A stretch of 60,607 nt of DNA, filler included. It is 6 parts of 6 records of this genome, joined end to end, with 100 filler letters (N's around TTAATTAATTAA, not from the genome) between each part and the next. Parts side by side here need not be neighbours in the genome. Positions count along the whole stretch, not along the records: positions 36,051 to 45,646 come from DRR723986_6826; positions 45,747 to 52,114 come from DRR723986_6838; 4 more parts are not named here. The stretch is one strand, 5' to 3'. The notes beneath the pieces are model-generated. The model searched no databases. It was given only the letters and a program-made list of their open reading frames with translations, and was not told where the DNA came from. Numbering within the stretch: the stretch's first letter is position 1; each line of letters begins with the position of its first letter. This document shows, in pieces, positions 39,291 through 49,517 of this stretch. The translations under genes were made by a program, and so were the position numbers.

Positions 39291-39320
39291 ATCCACAGCC
39301 ACTGATGAAAGGAGAACAAC

Positions 39321-39764
39321 ATGTTTAAACGGATTCTGGCCGCTGTGGATGGTTCCAAAACCTCACTCAAGGCTCTGGATAAAGCCATTGAACTGCAGAA
39401 ACTGATCCCGGACGCCGAGATCTACATCCTCTGTGTTTACAAGCATCACAGCCTGTTTGAGGCGTCGTTGTCTATCGGACGGCCCGACGACATGGACATC
39501 CCGGACAAGGTGCTGTCTGAGTATGCCAAAGGCGTAGTGAACCACGCCAAGGAGCTGGCCAAGGAGCATGGCGCCACCAAGGTACGCGGTTTCGTCAAGG
39601 CCGGCCGGCCCTCGAAGGTGATTGTGAAATTTGCCCAGGACAAGGAAGCCGACCTGATTGTAGTGGGCACCAAGGGCACCAACAGCGACAAGGACGGCAC
39701 CTTTCTGGGCAGCGTCTCGCACCGGGTTGCCTCCCAGGCCAAGTGCCCGGTGCTGGTGGTCTGA
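39321..39764 (+). CDS. teaD: Universal stress protein
   Basis: ILAAVDGS, DLIVVGTKG, LGSVS...CPVLVV; directly follows teaC. Confidence 0.9.
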   Translation: MFKRILAAVDGSKTSLKALDKAIELQKLIPDAEIYILCVYKHHSLFEASLSIGRPDDMDIPDKVLSEYAKGVVNHAKELAKEHGATKVRGFVKAGRPSKVIVKFAQDKEADLIVVGTKGTNSDKDGTFLGSVSHRVASQAKCPVLVV

Positions 39765-39790
39765 ACCGGCGAACCCCTCCACGCAGTGCC

Positions 39791-39819
39791 GCCGGACAGC
39801 ATATTCCTTGCTGTCCGGC
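39791..39819 (+). terminator. Perfect 11-bp hairpin downstream of teaD
   Basis: GCCGGACAGCA-TATTCCT-TGCTGTCCGGC; no clear U tract. Confidence 0.5.
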
Positions 39820-39913
39820 AATCACGGATTTCCGCAGTCTGCTTGATTTTTCACCGTGCTAGACTGCCTCGCCTCGGATTACTTCTCATTCACAAATCAC
39901 AAGGCGTCTAGCC

Positions 39914-41326
39914 ATGACTGCAATTGTTGATTTTCTCAACTCGATCCTCTGGGGCTATGTCCTCGTCTATGGCCTGCTTGCCGTAGGTGTCTTCTTTACC
40001 ATCCGTCTGGGCTTCCTTCAGTTCGTCAATTTCGGCGAAATGGTCCGCGCCATCCGTGGTTCCCGGGAAAGCGACGTACACGGGATTTCTCCGTTCCAGG
40101 CCCTGTGCACCAGCCTGGCTTCCCGGGTGGGTACCGGTAACCTTGCCGGGGTTGCGGTTGCCCTGTACCTGGGCGGTGCCGGTGCCATTTTCTGGATGTG
40201 GATGGTAGCCCTCGTCGGTATGGCCACCGGTTACGCTGAAAGCACTCTGGCCCAGCTGTACAAGGTTCGCGACGGCAAGGGCCAGTACCGGGGAGGCCCG
40301 GCGGTGTACATTGCCAAAGGCCTGAAAGCGCCCTGGGCTGCGGCCATTTTCGCGGTCTGCCTGATTATCTCCTTCGGCCTGGTTTTCAACGCCGTACAGG
40401 CCAACTCCATTGCCGATGCCATGCAGGGCGCCTTTGGTGTGCCCAAGCTGGGTGTCGGCGTGGTCATCGCGGCTTTTGCCGGCATTGTCATCTTTGGCGG
40501 TCTGCGCAAGATCGTTCGCTTCGCTGAGTTTGTCGTGCCGTTCATGGCCGGCGCCTACGTACTCCTGGCGCTGGGCGTGATGGCCATGAACATTACCGAA
40601 GTCCCGGGCATTCTGGCGCTGATCGTAAAAAGTGCCTTTGGCCTGGAAGAGGCCGCCGGCGGCGCGGCAGGCTCCATTACCGCTGCCATGCTGAATGGCA
40701 TCAAACGCGGCCTGTTCTCTAACGAAGCCGGTATGGGCTCGGCACCCAACATTGCCGCGACCGCAACCCCGGCTCCGCACCATCCCTCTTCACAGGGTCT
40801 GGTTCAGGCATTCGGTGTCTTTATCGATACCATCATTGTCTGTACGGCGACGGCCGTGATGATCCTGTTGGCTGGCGTTCTGGAGCCGGGTTCCGGCGTG
40901 ACCGGCACCCAGTTGACCCAACAGGCCATGGAAGTACACCTGGGTGAGTTCGGGGGCTACTTTATCGCCATCGCGATTCTGTTCTTCGCCTTCACCTCCA
41001 TTGTCGCCAATTACACCTACGCCGAGAACGCTTTGATCTACCTGCGCGGCGGCAACACTCTGGGCTTGACCCTGTTGCGGCTCGCTGCGCTGGGCATGGT
41101 GATCTGGGGTGGCTACGAAGCGGTGGTCACGGTATTCAATGCGGCGGACGCATCCATGGGGCTGATGGCCACCATCAACCTGATTGCTATCGTTCTGTTG
41201 TCCGGCACGGTTGTGAAGCTGACCAAAGATTACCTGGCTCAGCGCAAGGAAGGCCTGGTGCCGCACTTCAAGTCCAAGGACTATCCTGAGCTGCACGAAA
41301 AAATCGACAGCAATATCTGGCATTGA
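39914..41326 (+). CDS. Alanine/glycine:cation symporter (AGCS family)
   Basis: RVGTGNLAGVA, GAIFWMW, KRGLFSNEAGMGS. Confidence 0.93.
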   Translation: MTAIVDFLNSILWGYVLVYGLLAVGVFFTIRLGFLQFVNFGEMVRAIRGSRESDVHGISPFQALCTSLASRVGTGNLAGVAVALYLGGAGAIFWMWMVALVGMATGYAESTLAQLYKVRDGKGQYRGGPAVYIAKGLKAPWAAAIFAVCLIISFGLVFNAVQANSIADAMQGAFGVPKLGVGVVIAAFAGIVIFGGLRKIVRFAEFVVPFMAGAYVLLALGVMAMNITEVPGILALIVKSAFGLEEAAGGAAGSITAAMLNGIKRGLFSNEAGMGSAPNIAATATPAPHHPSSQGLVQAFGVFIDTIIVCTATAVMILLAGVLEPGSGVTGTQLTQQAMEVHLGEFGGYFIAIAILFFAFTSIVANYTYAENALIYLRGGNTLGLTLLRLAALGMVIWGGYEAVVTVFNAADASMGLMATINLIAIVLLSGTVVKLTKDYLAQRKEGLVPHFKSKDYPELHEKIDSNIWH

Positions 41327-41328
41327 TG

Positions 41329-43635
41329 TCAGAGCGAGGCCGCAACTACTCGGTTGCGGCCCGTTTCCTTGGCCTGGTACAGAGCCTGGTCGGCGGCCCG
41401 GAACAGCTCGTCGAACTCCGGACAATTCTCCCGCCAGCAAGCAATGCCTGCTGAAATGGTCAGGCTCCCCAGATTTTCACCCCGATGTTCCACTGGCTCG
41501 GCCGAAATGGCCGCCCGCAGTTGCTCGGCCCGTTGCCGGGCCTCATCAAGGGACGCCCCGGGCATCAGCACCGCAAACTCCTCACCACCATAACGGCAAA
41601 CGGTATCACTGCCGCGAAAACAGGTAGCGAGCACGTCACCGACCATTCTCAGCGCCTGATCGCCGGCCTCGTGGCCGTGACAGTCGTTGAACTGCTTAAA
41701 GTGATCAATATCGAAAATCAGCAGGCATAGCGGCCGATCAGAACGAGCCGAGACTTCCCGCTCATGGCGAAAGAGCTCATCAAAGTAGCGACGATTTTTC
41801 AGTCCGGTCAGGCTGTCCTCATAGGAGAATCGTTGCAATTCAGCCCTCAAGGCCAGCCCAGACAGGGTAATGCCAATTTTCTCAACCGACTGGTATACCC
41901 AGGAAATCACCCTTGCGATGCCATAGTCTTTCACCACTGGCGGCAGGTCGGGGCGCTCCAGCATCAACACCCCTTCAGGCCGATTGCCGGAGCGGGCAGA
42001 CTCTATCCGCAGGAAAAAGCACATCTGAGCCGGTAAATCGTAACTGCGTACCGGGAGTACGGTTTCGGTCAGGACGGACAGGTTCGCCCCCAGTGACGCC
42101 GGGAACACATCCTCCGGGGTACCGCCCCAGTGAACCACTCGGTCGTACTGCCCATCGATGCCTCTTCGATAGAAACAACCGGTCATGGGCAGGTAGAGCT
42201 CCGGCATGGCTCTTAACAGGGGCTCGAACGCTTCCTCAATGCCGGCGCAATCCTGCAGAGCCGCAATCACATCCGCCAGTTTCTGGCTTTTCTTGCTTTC
42301 CAGTGCCAACAAGCGGGCCCTGGCGACTTCTCTTTCTGCCAGCGACTCAGCACGGGCGGTGCGCTCCCGAACCTTCTGTTCCAGCCGGACGTTCAGTTGC
42401 TGGAGCTCTTTCTGGGTCTTGCCGTAGTGCCAGACCGAAATACTGACCACCGCCAGCGAGAAACCCAGCGCTCCCCAGCTCACCGGCACCCGGCCCCAGG
42501 GCAAGAACCCGTGAGCAACGGCCATATCAACAATCAGCAGCACCGCCAGCCCACCACAAGCCACCACCAGCACCTGCTGCTCCCCGAACAGCACACGAAA
42601 GCGCGGCAACACAGCGCCAGCCATCACCACCAGCGAGACCAGAAGCAACACATCAAACACCGGGAAGGTCGAAGAAAGGTCGACCGCGCCGACCAACGCC
42701 AGGGCCAGGGCGCTCACCGCCAATCCAAGATGAATCCACACCAGCCAGCTGATCAGCACCGGACGTGCAGCGCCTAGCCATTGCCGCAACAACAAGGCCA
42801 ACGCCATAGGAATCAGGTAGTAAGAGCCGGCCGCGAGGTAGTCCCACAACAAAGGTTTGTAAGCAATCAACAAGCTCGCCTGGCTCTCAGCCAACAGCAT
42901 CACCGAGGTCAGGAATGAAAACAGAGCAATGCTGGCGAAACTGCGCTGGCCCCTTTGGATTACGGCGAACACCAGAGCCAGAAAAGCTATCAGAGCCGAC
43001 AATGCCGAGACTACCAGTTCCTCAGCAGATCCCCCGAGGAGGTATACCGTCAGATCGGCATGATCGGTAATCCCGACCTCCCCCCATAACCCTATGTCGG
43101 TGTAATTCGAGAATATCCGGAAATAGAGCGTCTCTCCCTGATAATCCTCGGGTAGCCGTATTTCATGCCAGGGCCATCCCTCAAAACCGCCCCTTCCCTC
43201 TTGGTCAAAGGTGCCATATTGATAGAGCAATTCACCCCGAAACCAGGCCTGCACAATGATGTCGACGCTATAAACATAAAGGACAGGCTGGTACCAGCTA
43301 CCTTCCGGCAATTGCACCCTGAACCAGGCATGCTCACGACCATCGCGGCCAGGAGGGTTCGATGGAAAACCAATGTCGTGCCAGTGTTGTGGAGAGTCTT
43401 CAAGGATCCACAATGGCGTGCCATCAGGCAAAAACGGGGAATCACCCCAGCGATACTGCCATCCCTCATCCACCGGCTGGATAGCGGCAAATCCAGGCTG
43501 AGACAGACAGACCCCGAGGGCGATGATCACCAGCAGAAATCTGATGCGACAAGTGGACGCGTGCAAAGCAGAACCCGCTTTCAGGAGTGATCGTTCCAGT
43601 ATAAACCGTAAACGCCAGATACAGAACTTTCTCAA
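41329..43635 (-). CDS. Membrane sensor diguanylate cyclase (extracytoplasmic domain, multi-TM region, coiled coil, GGDEF)
   Basis: DSLTGLKNRR, DIDHFKQFND, RGSD I-site, GGEEF; start codon uncertain (ORF-track TTG overlaps the upstream stop). Confidence 0.88.
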   Translation of the reverse strand: MRKFCIWRLRFILERSLLKAGSALHASTCRIRFLLVIIALGVCLSQPGFAAIQPVDEGWQYRWGDSPFLPDGTPLWILEDSPQHWHDIGFPSNPPGRDGREHAWFRVQLPEGSWYQPVLYVYSVDIIVQAWFRGELLYQYGTFDQEGRGGFEGWPWHEIRLPEDYQGETLYFRIFSNYTDIGLWGEVGITDHADLTVYLLGGSAEELVVSALSALIAFLALVFAVIQRGQRSFASIALFSFLTSVMLLAESQASLLIAYKPLLWDYLAAGSYYLIPMALALLLRQWLGAARPVLISWLVWIHLGLAVSALALALVGAVDLSSTFPVFDVLLLVSLVVMAGAVLPRFRVLFGEQQVLVVACGGLAVLLIVDMAVAHGFLPWGRVPVSWGALGFSLAVVSISVWHYGKTQKELQQLNVRLEQKVRERTARAESLAEREVARARLLALESKKSQKLADVIAALQDCAGIEEAFEPLLRAMPELYLPMTGCFYRRGIDGQYDRVVHWGGTPEDVFPASLGANLSVLTETVLPVRSYDLPAQMCFFLRIESARSGNRPEGVLMLERPDLPPVVKDYGIARVISWVYQSVEKIGITLSGLALRAELQRFSYEDSLTGLKNRRYFDELFRHEREVSARSDRPLCLLIFDIDHFKQFNDCHGHEAGDQALRMVGDVLATCFRGSDTVCRYGGEEFAVLMPGASLDEARQRAEQLRAAISAEPVEHRGENLGSLTISAGIACWRENCPEFDELFRAADQALYQAKETGRNRVVAASL

Positions 43636-44480
43636 CTTTTTTGTCGGAGGGTAAACAGCGCAAGCAACGCAGACACCAGCATCAGAAACAGCGCCACCGC
43701 GTTCAACACCGGCGTTGAGCCTTCCCGCAGACGATTGAACAGGGCCACGGTGAGCGGGGTATCACTACCGGTGAGCATGACCGTGGTATTGAAGTTCTCG
43801 AAGGACATCAAAAACGCCATCGCCGCGGCCCCGAGGATGGAGGGAAGCAGCCACGGCAGAGTAACCGTGAACCACGCCACAAGCGGCGTGGCCCCCAGAT
43901 TCAGGGCGGCCTCTTCCAGCTGTCGGTCAAATTTGCGCAGCCGGGCGGCAATCACCAGAGTAGCCAGAGTGGTAATGAAGGTAACCTGCCCCATCACCAC
44001 CAGTGTCAGCCCCGGCCGGAACAGGTCCAGCTCGATACCCCACAAGCGGGAGACATCGTTGGCCATGCCACTGTAGAACACCAAAATGGATACCCCGAGA
44101 ATCACGCCCGGAATCACCAGCGGCAGCAGCATCAACAGATACAGCAGCTCCTTGCCGCGAAACTCCACCCGCTCGAACAATACTGCATTCACGCAGCCAA
44201 GCCCCACACTGACCAGCGTCACCCAGAACGCAATTTTGGTACTGACCCAGAGCGCACTGAGCAATCCGTCGTCGTGAAACAGCCCGGTACGCCCGTCGGT
44301 GCCGTCGGCCAGATACCAGTCCAGGGTAAAACCCTGCCACGGTAATGACGGGAACGGCGAGTCGTTGAATGCGAACACGGCCGTCACCAGCAAAGGCAAC
44401 GCCAGGTACAGGAAAAAGGCCAACAGATAGCTCAGGTAAAGGGCATCAAACAACCGGGACCGAGGTACAGAGCGGATCAT
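43632..44480 (-). CDS. Polyamine-type ABC permease (PotC-like)
   Basis: FAFND, GFTLDWY, EEAALNLGA EAA loop. Confidence 0.88.
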   Translation of the reverse strand: MIRSVPRSRLFDALYLSYLLAFFLYLALPLLVTAVFAFNDSPFPSLPWQGFTLDWYLADGTDGRTGLFHDDGLLSALWVSTKIAFWVTLVSVGLGCVNAVLFERVEFRGKELLYLLMLLPLVIPGVILGVSILVFYSGMANDVSRLWGIELDLFRPGLTLVVMGQVTFITTLATLVIAARLRKFDRQLEEAALNLGATPLVAWFTVTLPWLLPSILGAAAMAFLMSFENFNTTVMLTGSDTPLTVALFNRLREGSTPVLNAVALFLMLVSALLALFTLRQKS

Positions 44481-44484
44481 GACA

Positions 44485-45345
44485 TCACCCCATAACCTTG
44501 CGCAGGGATTGCCCGGTCAGCTTCAGGCCCAGCCAGACCAGCAGCGACGACAATACCAGTAGCAAGACCCCCAAAGCCGCACCCTGCTCCCAGTTAAACC
44601 GGGTGATGAACTGGGTGAAAATCTGCTGGGTAAACCAGGCACTGTCTTTGCCCCCCATCAGAATCGGCGTGAGGTAACTGCCCAGGGTGAGCATGAACAC
44701 CACAATACAGCCGGAGACAATGCCGGGCATGGCCCAGGGAATCACCACCTCCCGCAGCACGGTACCGTGGCCGCCGCCCAGATCATAGCCGGCCTCAACC
44801 AGGTTCTCGTCCATGCCATCGAGCGTGGTCACCAGCGGCACCACCATAAACAGCAGGCCGTTGTAGACCAGGCCGATGATCACCGCGACATCGTTGTAGA
44901 GCATCTCCACCGGGCCATCCACCCAGCCCAGCGCCTGCAGCCAGGAACTGAACAGGCCGCTCTCCCGCAACAGGATCATCCAGCCGTAAGTACGCACCAA
45001 CTCGCTGGCCCAGAACGGGATCAGGCAAGCCAGGAACAGAATACCCTTGCTATTCCCACGGGCCAGGCGGGCAATGTACCAGGCAATGGGAAAGGCAATC
45101 AGCAGGGTGAGGAAGGTGGTGAACAGGGACATGACCCCGGTACGCACGAAGGTACGCCAGTAGTAGGATTCACTGAAGAAATTCTGGTACTGCTCCAGCC
45201 CCCAGGCCAGGGTATCCCAGCTTTCCCGCACCTGGAACGACACCCGCAACATCTGCAGATGGGGCACCAGCACCAATAGCACTATCCAGAGCAGGAAAGG
45301 CGCCAGCAACAGCCACAGCGAGAAACGGCTAACCGAGCTATTCAC
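44485..45345 (-). CDS. Polyamine-type ABC permease (PotB-like)
   Basis: PFWASELVRTYGW, EAGYDLG; GTG start at 45345 overlapping the upstream TGA. Confidence 0.88.
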   Translation of the reverse strand: MNSSVSRFSLWLLLAPFLLWIVLLVLVPHLQMLRVSFQVRESWDTLAWGLEQYQNFFSESYYWRTFVRTGVMSLFTTFLTLLIAFPIAWYIARLARGNSKGILFLACLIPFWASELVRTYGWMILLRESGLFSSWLQALGWVDGPVEMLYNDVAVIIGLVYNGLLFMVVPLVTTLDGMDENLVEAGYDLGGGHGTVLREVVIPWAMPGIVSGCIVVFMLTLGSYLTPILMGGKDSAWFTQQIFTQFITRFNWEQGAALGVLLLVLSSLLVWLGLKLTGQSLRKVMG

Positions 45346-45646
45346 TGGGGCGAAGCTCCAAATACCCGGGCCAGGTCCGGATCCCACGACAGCTCAAGAT
45401 GGCCGTCCGGCGTCAGCGCCGGCGCCGTGCCGTCCTGGGGGAGTCGAGCGAATAGTGCCTGGCCATTGCTTTCGGCTTCAACCCGGCTGTTGGCGCCATC
45501 AAACAGCGTGGTCCGGACTCGGGTCTGCAGTGAGGAGGAACCCCCGCCCGCAGCCGTTTGCGAAAACGACAATGATTCCGGCCGAATATACAGTTCTGCC
45601 TGGGCACCGGGTGCCAGGCCCGCCGACGCAACCCGACCGCGTACCA
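45342..45646 (-). CDS. 3' fragment of the ABC ATPase (PotA-like TOBE region), truncated at contig end
   Basis: YIRPE...LFDGANSR...LSWDP; coupled to the potB-like gene. Confidence 0.65.
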
Positions 45647-45746
45647 NNNNNNNNNNNNNNNNNNNNNNNNNNNNNNNNNNNNNNNNNNNNTTAATTAATT
45701 AANNNNNNNNNNNNNNNNNNNNNNNNNNNNNNNNNNNNNNNNNNNN
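45647..45746. other. Artificial contig linker
   Basis: 44 N + TTAATTAATTAA + 44 N. Confidence 0.99.
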
Positions 45747-45780
45747 CCCCCGAGGTATTTTTGCCAAGATGAAAGGCCGT

Positions 45781-46392
45781 TCAGGCGGCGGGCGCCTGTT
45801 CGGGGGTGGCGGGCATGACGCCGCGCTCGTCGAGGGTCCAGCTTTTCGGCGGGGCCTGCCGGGCGCGCAGGCGGGTCAGGTGCCAGCGGGTACGGCCCGG
45901 GCCATGATCCGGCGTCAGGTGCCAGCGGCTTTCCACCCCGGCCGCCCCGCCCGGACCGGGGGTGAGCAGGAGGCAGAGAGGTGCGTGGCCCGCCGCAGCC
46001 CCGGTTTCAGCGGCCAGATGCAGGCGGCGCACCGGTGTCAGGCCCGGCGGTTCCGGCATGTCGCCCACAACGAGCGGCACCAGACCGGGGCGCAGCGCCT
46101 CTTCCAGCACCCACAGCAGGTCTTCGGGCCGCTCTGTGTTGACCGTCAGCAGCCGTGCGGGGTCGATCAGCTGCCGCACCCCGTCCATATGCAACCGGTC
46201 GGGGTGCCAGCCGGGGCGCACCCACAGGATCGGCCCGTCGCAGGCCTGTGCGGCCAGCAGCGCCAGCCGCCGTCGGGCGGGCCCGCAAAATTCATGCGCA
46301 CGGGCGCGGGGCAGGTCGAACCGGTCCAGAAACCGCAGCGGGCGCGGGCTGGATCGCGAGGTGGAAGAGCGGGACAGCAGAGCCTGAGACAT
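45781..46392 (-). CDS. imuA: ImuA-family protein (SOS mutagenesis accessory)
   Basis: [28 protein letters not shown]; LexA box immediately upstream. Confidence 0.82.
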   Translation of the reverse strand: MSQALLSRSSTSRSSPRPLRFLDRFDLPRARAHEFCGPARRRLALLAAQACDGPILWVRPGWHPDRLHMDGVRQLIDPARLLTVNTERPEDLLWVLEEALRPGLVPLVVGDMPEPPGLTPVRRLHLAAETGAAAGHAPLCLLLTPGPGGAAGVESRWHLTPDHGPGRTRWHLTRLRARQAPPKSWTLDERGVMPATPEQAPAA

Positions 46393-46407
46393 GGGCACAC
46401 TCTACAT

Positions 46408-46422
46408 GTTCGCTAAATGTTC
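46408..46422 (-). promoter_or_regulatory. Alphaproteobacterial LexA (SOS) box
   Basis: GTTC-GCTAAAT-GTTC (GTTC-N7-GTTC) 15 nt upstream of the imuA ATG. Confidence 0.88.
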
Positions 46423-46498
46423 TTCAATCCCCGCCTTGCACCCGGGGCCTCAACGCCTAGGTTGCGGGATAAGGACATGACGGACAGGACAGGATAAT

Positions 46499-47542
46499 AT
46501 GCGACAGATTCCCTTCGGCTCGACCGGCCTGACGGTCTCGGAACTGTGCCTTGGCACGATGACATGGGGCACCCAGACCCCGGCAAAGGACGCCCACCGA
46601 CAGATGGATATGGCGCTGGCGGCCGGGATCGACATCGTCGATACGGCCGAGATGTATCCGGTGAACCCGGTCAGGAAGGAAACGATCGGTGGGTCCGAGG
46701 CCATCCTTGGCGACTGGAACGCGGCCAATCCGGCACGGCGCGGGGATTATCTTCTGGCCACCAAGATCAGCGGCGAAGGCAGCATGGTGCGCGATGGTGC
46801 GCCGATCAGCGGCGCGGCGCTGCGCCAATCGCTGGAAGGGTCGTTGAAGCGGCTGAAGACGGATTACGTGGATCTTTACCAGTTGCATTGGCCCAATCGC
46901 GGATCGTTTCAGTTCCGCAAGAACTGGACCTATGATCCCTCCGGCCAGAACAAGGCCGAGACGCTGGCCCATATCGAGGACGTGCTGGCAGAGGCCGACA
47001 AGCTGATCGCGGAAGGCAAGATGCGCCATATCGGCCTGTCCAACGAATCCGCCTGGGGCACGGCGCAATGGATGCGGGTATCCGAAGACAAGGGCCTGCC
47101 GAGGGTGCAGACCGTGCAGAACGAATATTCGCTGCTGGCCCGGATGTATGACACGGATATGGCCGAGATGTCGGTCAACGAAGAGGTGACGCTGCTGTCC
47201 TTTTCGCCGCTGGCTGCCGGGTTCCTGACCGGAAAATACCAGAACGGCGCGGTGCCTGCGGGATCGCGCATGTCTTTGGTGCCGGAAATGGGCGGGCGCA
47301 AATCGGCGCGGGTCTTCGATGCAGCGGCAGCCTACTTGGAAATCGCAGCGCGTCACGGGCTGGACCCGGTTCATATGGCGCTGGCCTGGCAACAGACGCG
47401 ACCTTTCGCGATCTCGGCCATCTTCGGCGCGACGACAAGCGCGCAGTTGGAGCATATCTTCGGGGCCGCCGACATGACCCTGTCCTCCGACGTGCTTGAC
47501 GAGATCACGGCAGCGCACAAGGCGCATCCGATGCCCTACTGA
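46499..47542 (+). CDS. Aldo/keto reductase (Tas-like)
   Basis: LGTMTWG, DTAEMYP, DLYQLHWP, IGLSNE, QNEYSLL. Confidence 0.92.
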   Translation: MRQIPFGSTGLTVSELCLGTMTWGTQTPAKDAHRQMDMALAAGIDIVDTAEMYPVNPVRKETIGGSEAILGDWNAANPARRGDYLLATKISGEGSMVRDGAPISGAALRQSLEGSLKRLKTDYVDLYQLHWPNRGSFQFRKNWTYDPSGQNKAETLAHIEDVLAEADKLIAEGKMRHIGLSNESAWGTAQWMRVSEDKGLPRVQTVQNEYSLLARMYDTDMAEMSVNEEVTLLSFSPLAAGFLTGKYQNGAVPAGSRMSLVPEMGGRKSARVFDAAAAYLEIAARHGLDPVHMALAWQQTRPFAISAIFGATTSAQLEHIFGAADMTLSSDVLDEITAAHKAHPMPY

Positions 47543-47545
47543 CCC

Positions 47546-48520
47546 TCAGCGTTCGGCCCTAAGATCCGAGATCGACTGGCCGAACGCCTTGCGGAAGGCA
47601 CGGGCGAGGGTGGAGGGGCCGGAGAAGCCGGTTCTGACGGCAATGTCCTGCACGCTTAATCCGGTATCCAACGCCAGCCTGCGGGCCTCGTTCAGGCGCA
47701 GCCGCAGGAAGAAGGCACCGGGGCCGGTTTCCAGATGTTTGCGGAACAGCATTTCAAGCCGTCGGGGCGACAGGCCGACCTCTGCCGCGATGTCGGCAAT
47801 GGCGGGGGGCTCTTCCAGACGCGCCTCCATGATCGACACGGCGCGGGCAACCTGTGGCGTCAGGGCCGCCAAACGCGCCTGTGGGACCAGCCGCTGCGGG
47901 CTGGGGCGATCCTCGGGGTCGTAAAGCAGGGCGTTGGCAACCAGCCCGGCCAGTTCTGCGCCGTGATGGGACCGGATCAGGTGCAGCATCAGGTCAAGGC
48001 AGGGGGCCGCGCCGCCGGTGGTCAGAGCGGGGCCGTCGATCACGTATCGGTCGGGCAGGGGGTCAACGTCGGGGAAGGCATTTGCGAAGGCCTCCAGATC
48101 TTCCCAATGGGTCGTGGCACGGTGGCCATTCAACAGCCCTGCGCGGGCCAGAACCCAAGGCCCGCCATCGACTCCGCAATAGGCAATGCCGCGTGCCCGC
48201 AACTGGCGCAGCCAGGATCGCAAGGCCGGGGTCGCATGGGTGTCGAGCCGAAAGCCCGCAACCATCACCATCAGATCCATATCGGCATGGAGCGGCAGCG
48301 GCTCGGTCATCACCTCCAACCCGGAGGTCAGGCGCACCAGCCCGCCATCGGGCGACATGACCTGCCAGTCATACACCCGCCGCCCGGCGCGCCGGTTCGC
48401 GGCGCGGAACGGGTCCAGCGCCGAGGCGACAGACAGAAGGTTTGAATCAGGCAGCACAAGCAGACCGATGCGGAAGGCCGGGTCACCGGCGATTCTTTTG
48501 CGTGTTGCGAAAAGGGTCAT
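47546..48520 (-). CDS. GlxA/CdhR-family AraC regulator
   Basis: DPFRAANR, ATTHWE, C-terminal double HTH (GF...FRKAFG); start at ATG 48520, divergent from the carnitine operon. Confidence 0.88.
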   Translation of the reverse strand: MTLFATRKRIAGDPAFRIGLLVLPDSNLLSVASALDPFRAANRRAGRRVYDWQVMSPDGGLVRLTSGLEVMTEPLPLHADMDLMVMVAGFRLDTHATPALRSWLRQLRARGIAYCGVDGGPWVLARAGLLNGHRATTHWEDLEAFANAFPDVDPLPDRYVIDGPALTTGGAAPCLDLMLHLIRSHHGAELAGLVANALLYDPEDRPSPQRLVPQARLAALTPQVARAVSIMEARLEEPPAIADIAAEVGLSPRRLEMLFRKHLETGPGAFFLRLRLNEARRLALDTGLSVQDIAVRTGFSGPSTLARAFRKAFGQSISDLRAER

Positions 48521-48595
48521 AGATGTTTCGTATATCGCAAAGAAACTGTCCGCAACATGCGGTCTTCTATCTGAAATCAGAGGACGGAGACCACC

Positions 48596-49507
48596 ATGCC
48601 CCTTACCCCTTCGCGCGACGTATTCATCACCTGTGCCATCACCGGATCGGGTGCCACCACGGACCGCAGCCCACATGTGCCGCGCAGCCCTGAACAGATC
48701 GCCGACAGCGCCATAGCCGCCGCCAAGGCGGGCGCGGCTATTGTGCATTGCCATGTGCGCGACCCCGAAACCGGGGCGCCAAGCCGCGACCGGGGCATGT
48801 TCCGCGAAGTGACCGAGCGGATCCGCGCCGCCGATGTGGACGTGGTGCTGAATCTGACCGCCGGGATGGGCGGCGACCTTGTGCTCGGCAGCATCGAACA
48901 GCCGCTGCCTGCGGATGAGGCCGGGACCGATATGGCGGGTGCGTCCGAACGTTTTGCGCATGTGCTGGATTGCCGCCCCGAGATCTGCACGCTCGATTGC
49001 GGCACGATGAACTTCGCAGAGGCCGACTATATCATGGTCAACACCCCTGGCACCCTGCGCGCCATGGGGCAGATGATGACCGATGCGGGCGTGAAGCCGG
49101 AAATCGAGGCCTTCGACACCGGCCATCTGTGGTTCGCCAAGAAGCTGGTGGAAGAGGGCATTCTGGACGATCCGGCGCTTGTGCAGCTTTGCATGGGGGT
49201 GCCGTGGGGCGCGCCTGATGACCTCAATACCTTTATGGCGATGGTCAATAACGTGCCGTCGCATTGGACCTTCTCGGCCTTTGGTATCGGGCGCAACCAG
49301 ATGAACCTTGTTGCGGCGTCGGTGCTGGCGGGCGGCCATGTGCGCGTGGGGCTGGAGGATAATATCTGGCTGGAAAAAGGCGTGCTGGCCACGAATGAGC
49401 AGCTGGTGACCCGCGCGCGCAGCATCATCGAGGCCATGGGCAGCCGCATCATGGGCCCGCAAGAGGTGCGTGACAAGCTTGGCCTGACCAAGCGCGATCC
49501 GGCCTGA
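48596..49507 (+). CDS. Beta-keto acid cleavage enzyme (3-dehydrocarnitine cleavage, CdhC-like)
   Basis: ITCAITG, HCHVRD, VRVGLED (BKACE/DUF849); same operon as carnitine dehydrogenase. Confidence 0.88.
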   Translation: MPLTPSRDVFITCAITGSGATTDRSPHVPRSPEQIADSAIAAAKAGAAIVHCHVRDPETGAPSRDRGMFREVTERIRAADVDVVLNLTAGMGGDLVLGSIEQPLPADEAGTDMAGASERFAHVLDCRPEICTLDCGTMNFAEADYIMVNTPGTLRAMGQMMTDAGVKPEIEAFDTGHLWFAKKLVEEGILDDPALVQLCMGVPWGAPDDLNTFMAMVNNVPSHWTFSAFGIGRNQMNLVAASVLAGGHVRVGLEDNIWLEKGVLATNEQLVTRARSIIEAMGSRIMGPQEVRDKLGLTKRDPA

Positions 49508-49517
49508 GGCTCTCGTG

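Noticed and set aside
39765-39913. Glycine riboswitch upstream of the AGCS symporter
   Set aside because: No GGAGA/CCGAAG/CTCTCAGG aptamer motifs; the region is short and contains only one clear hairpin
45781-46392. Orphan imuA without imuB/dnaE2
   Set aside because: The contig ends 34 nt after the stop codon, so absence cannot be judged
47546-49462. 638-aa version of the AraC regulator
   Set aside because: The N-terminal half is antisense to the cleavage-enzyme gene; the real start is about 48520
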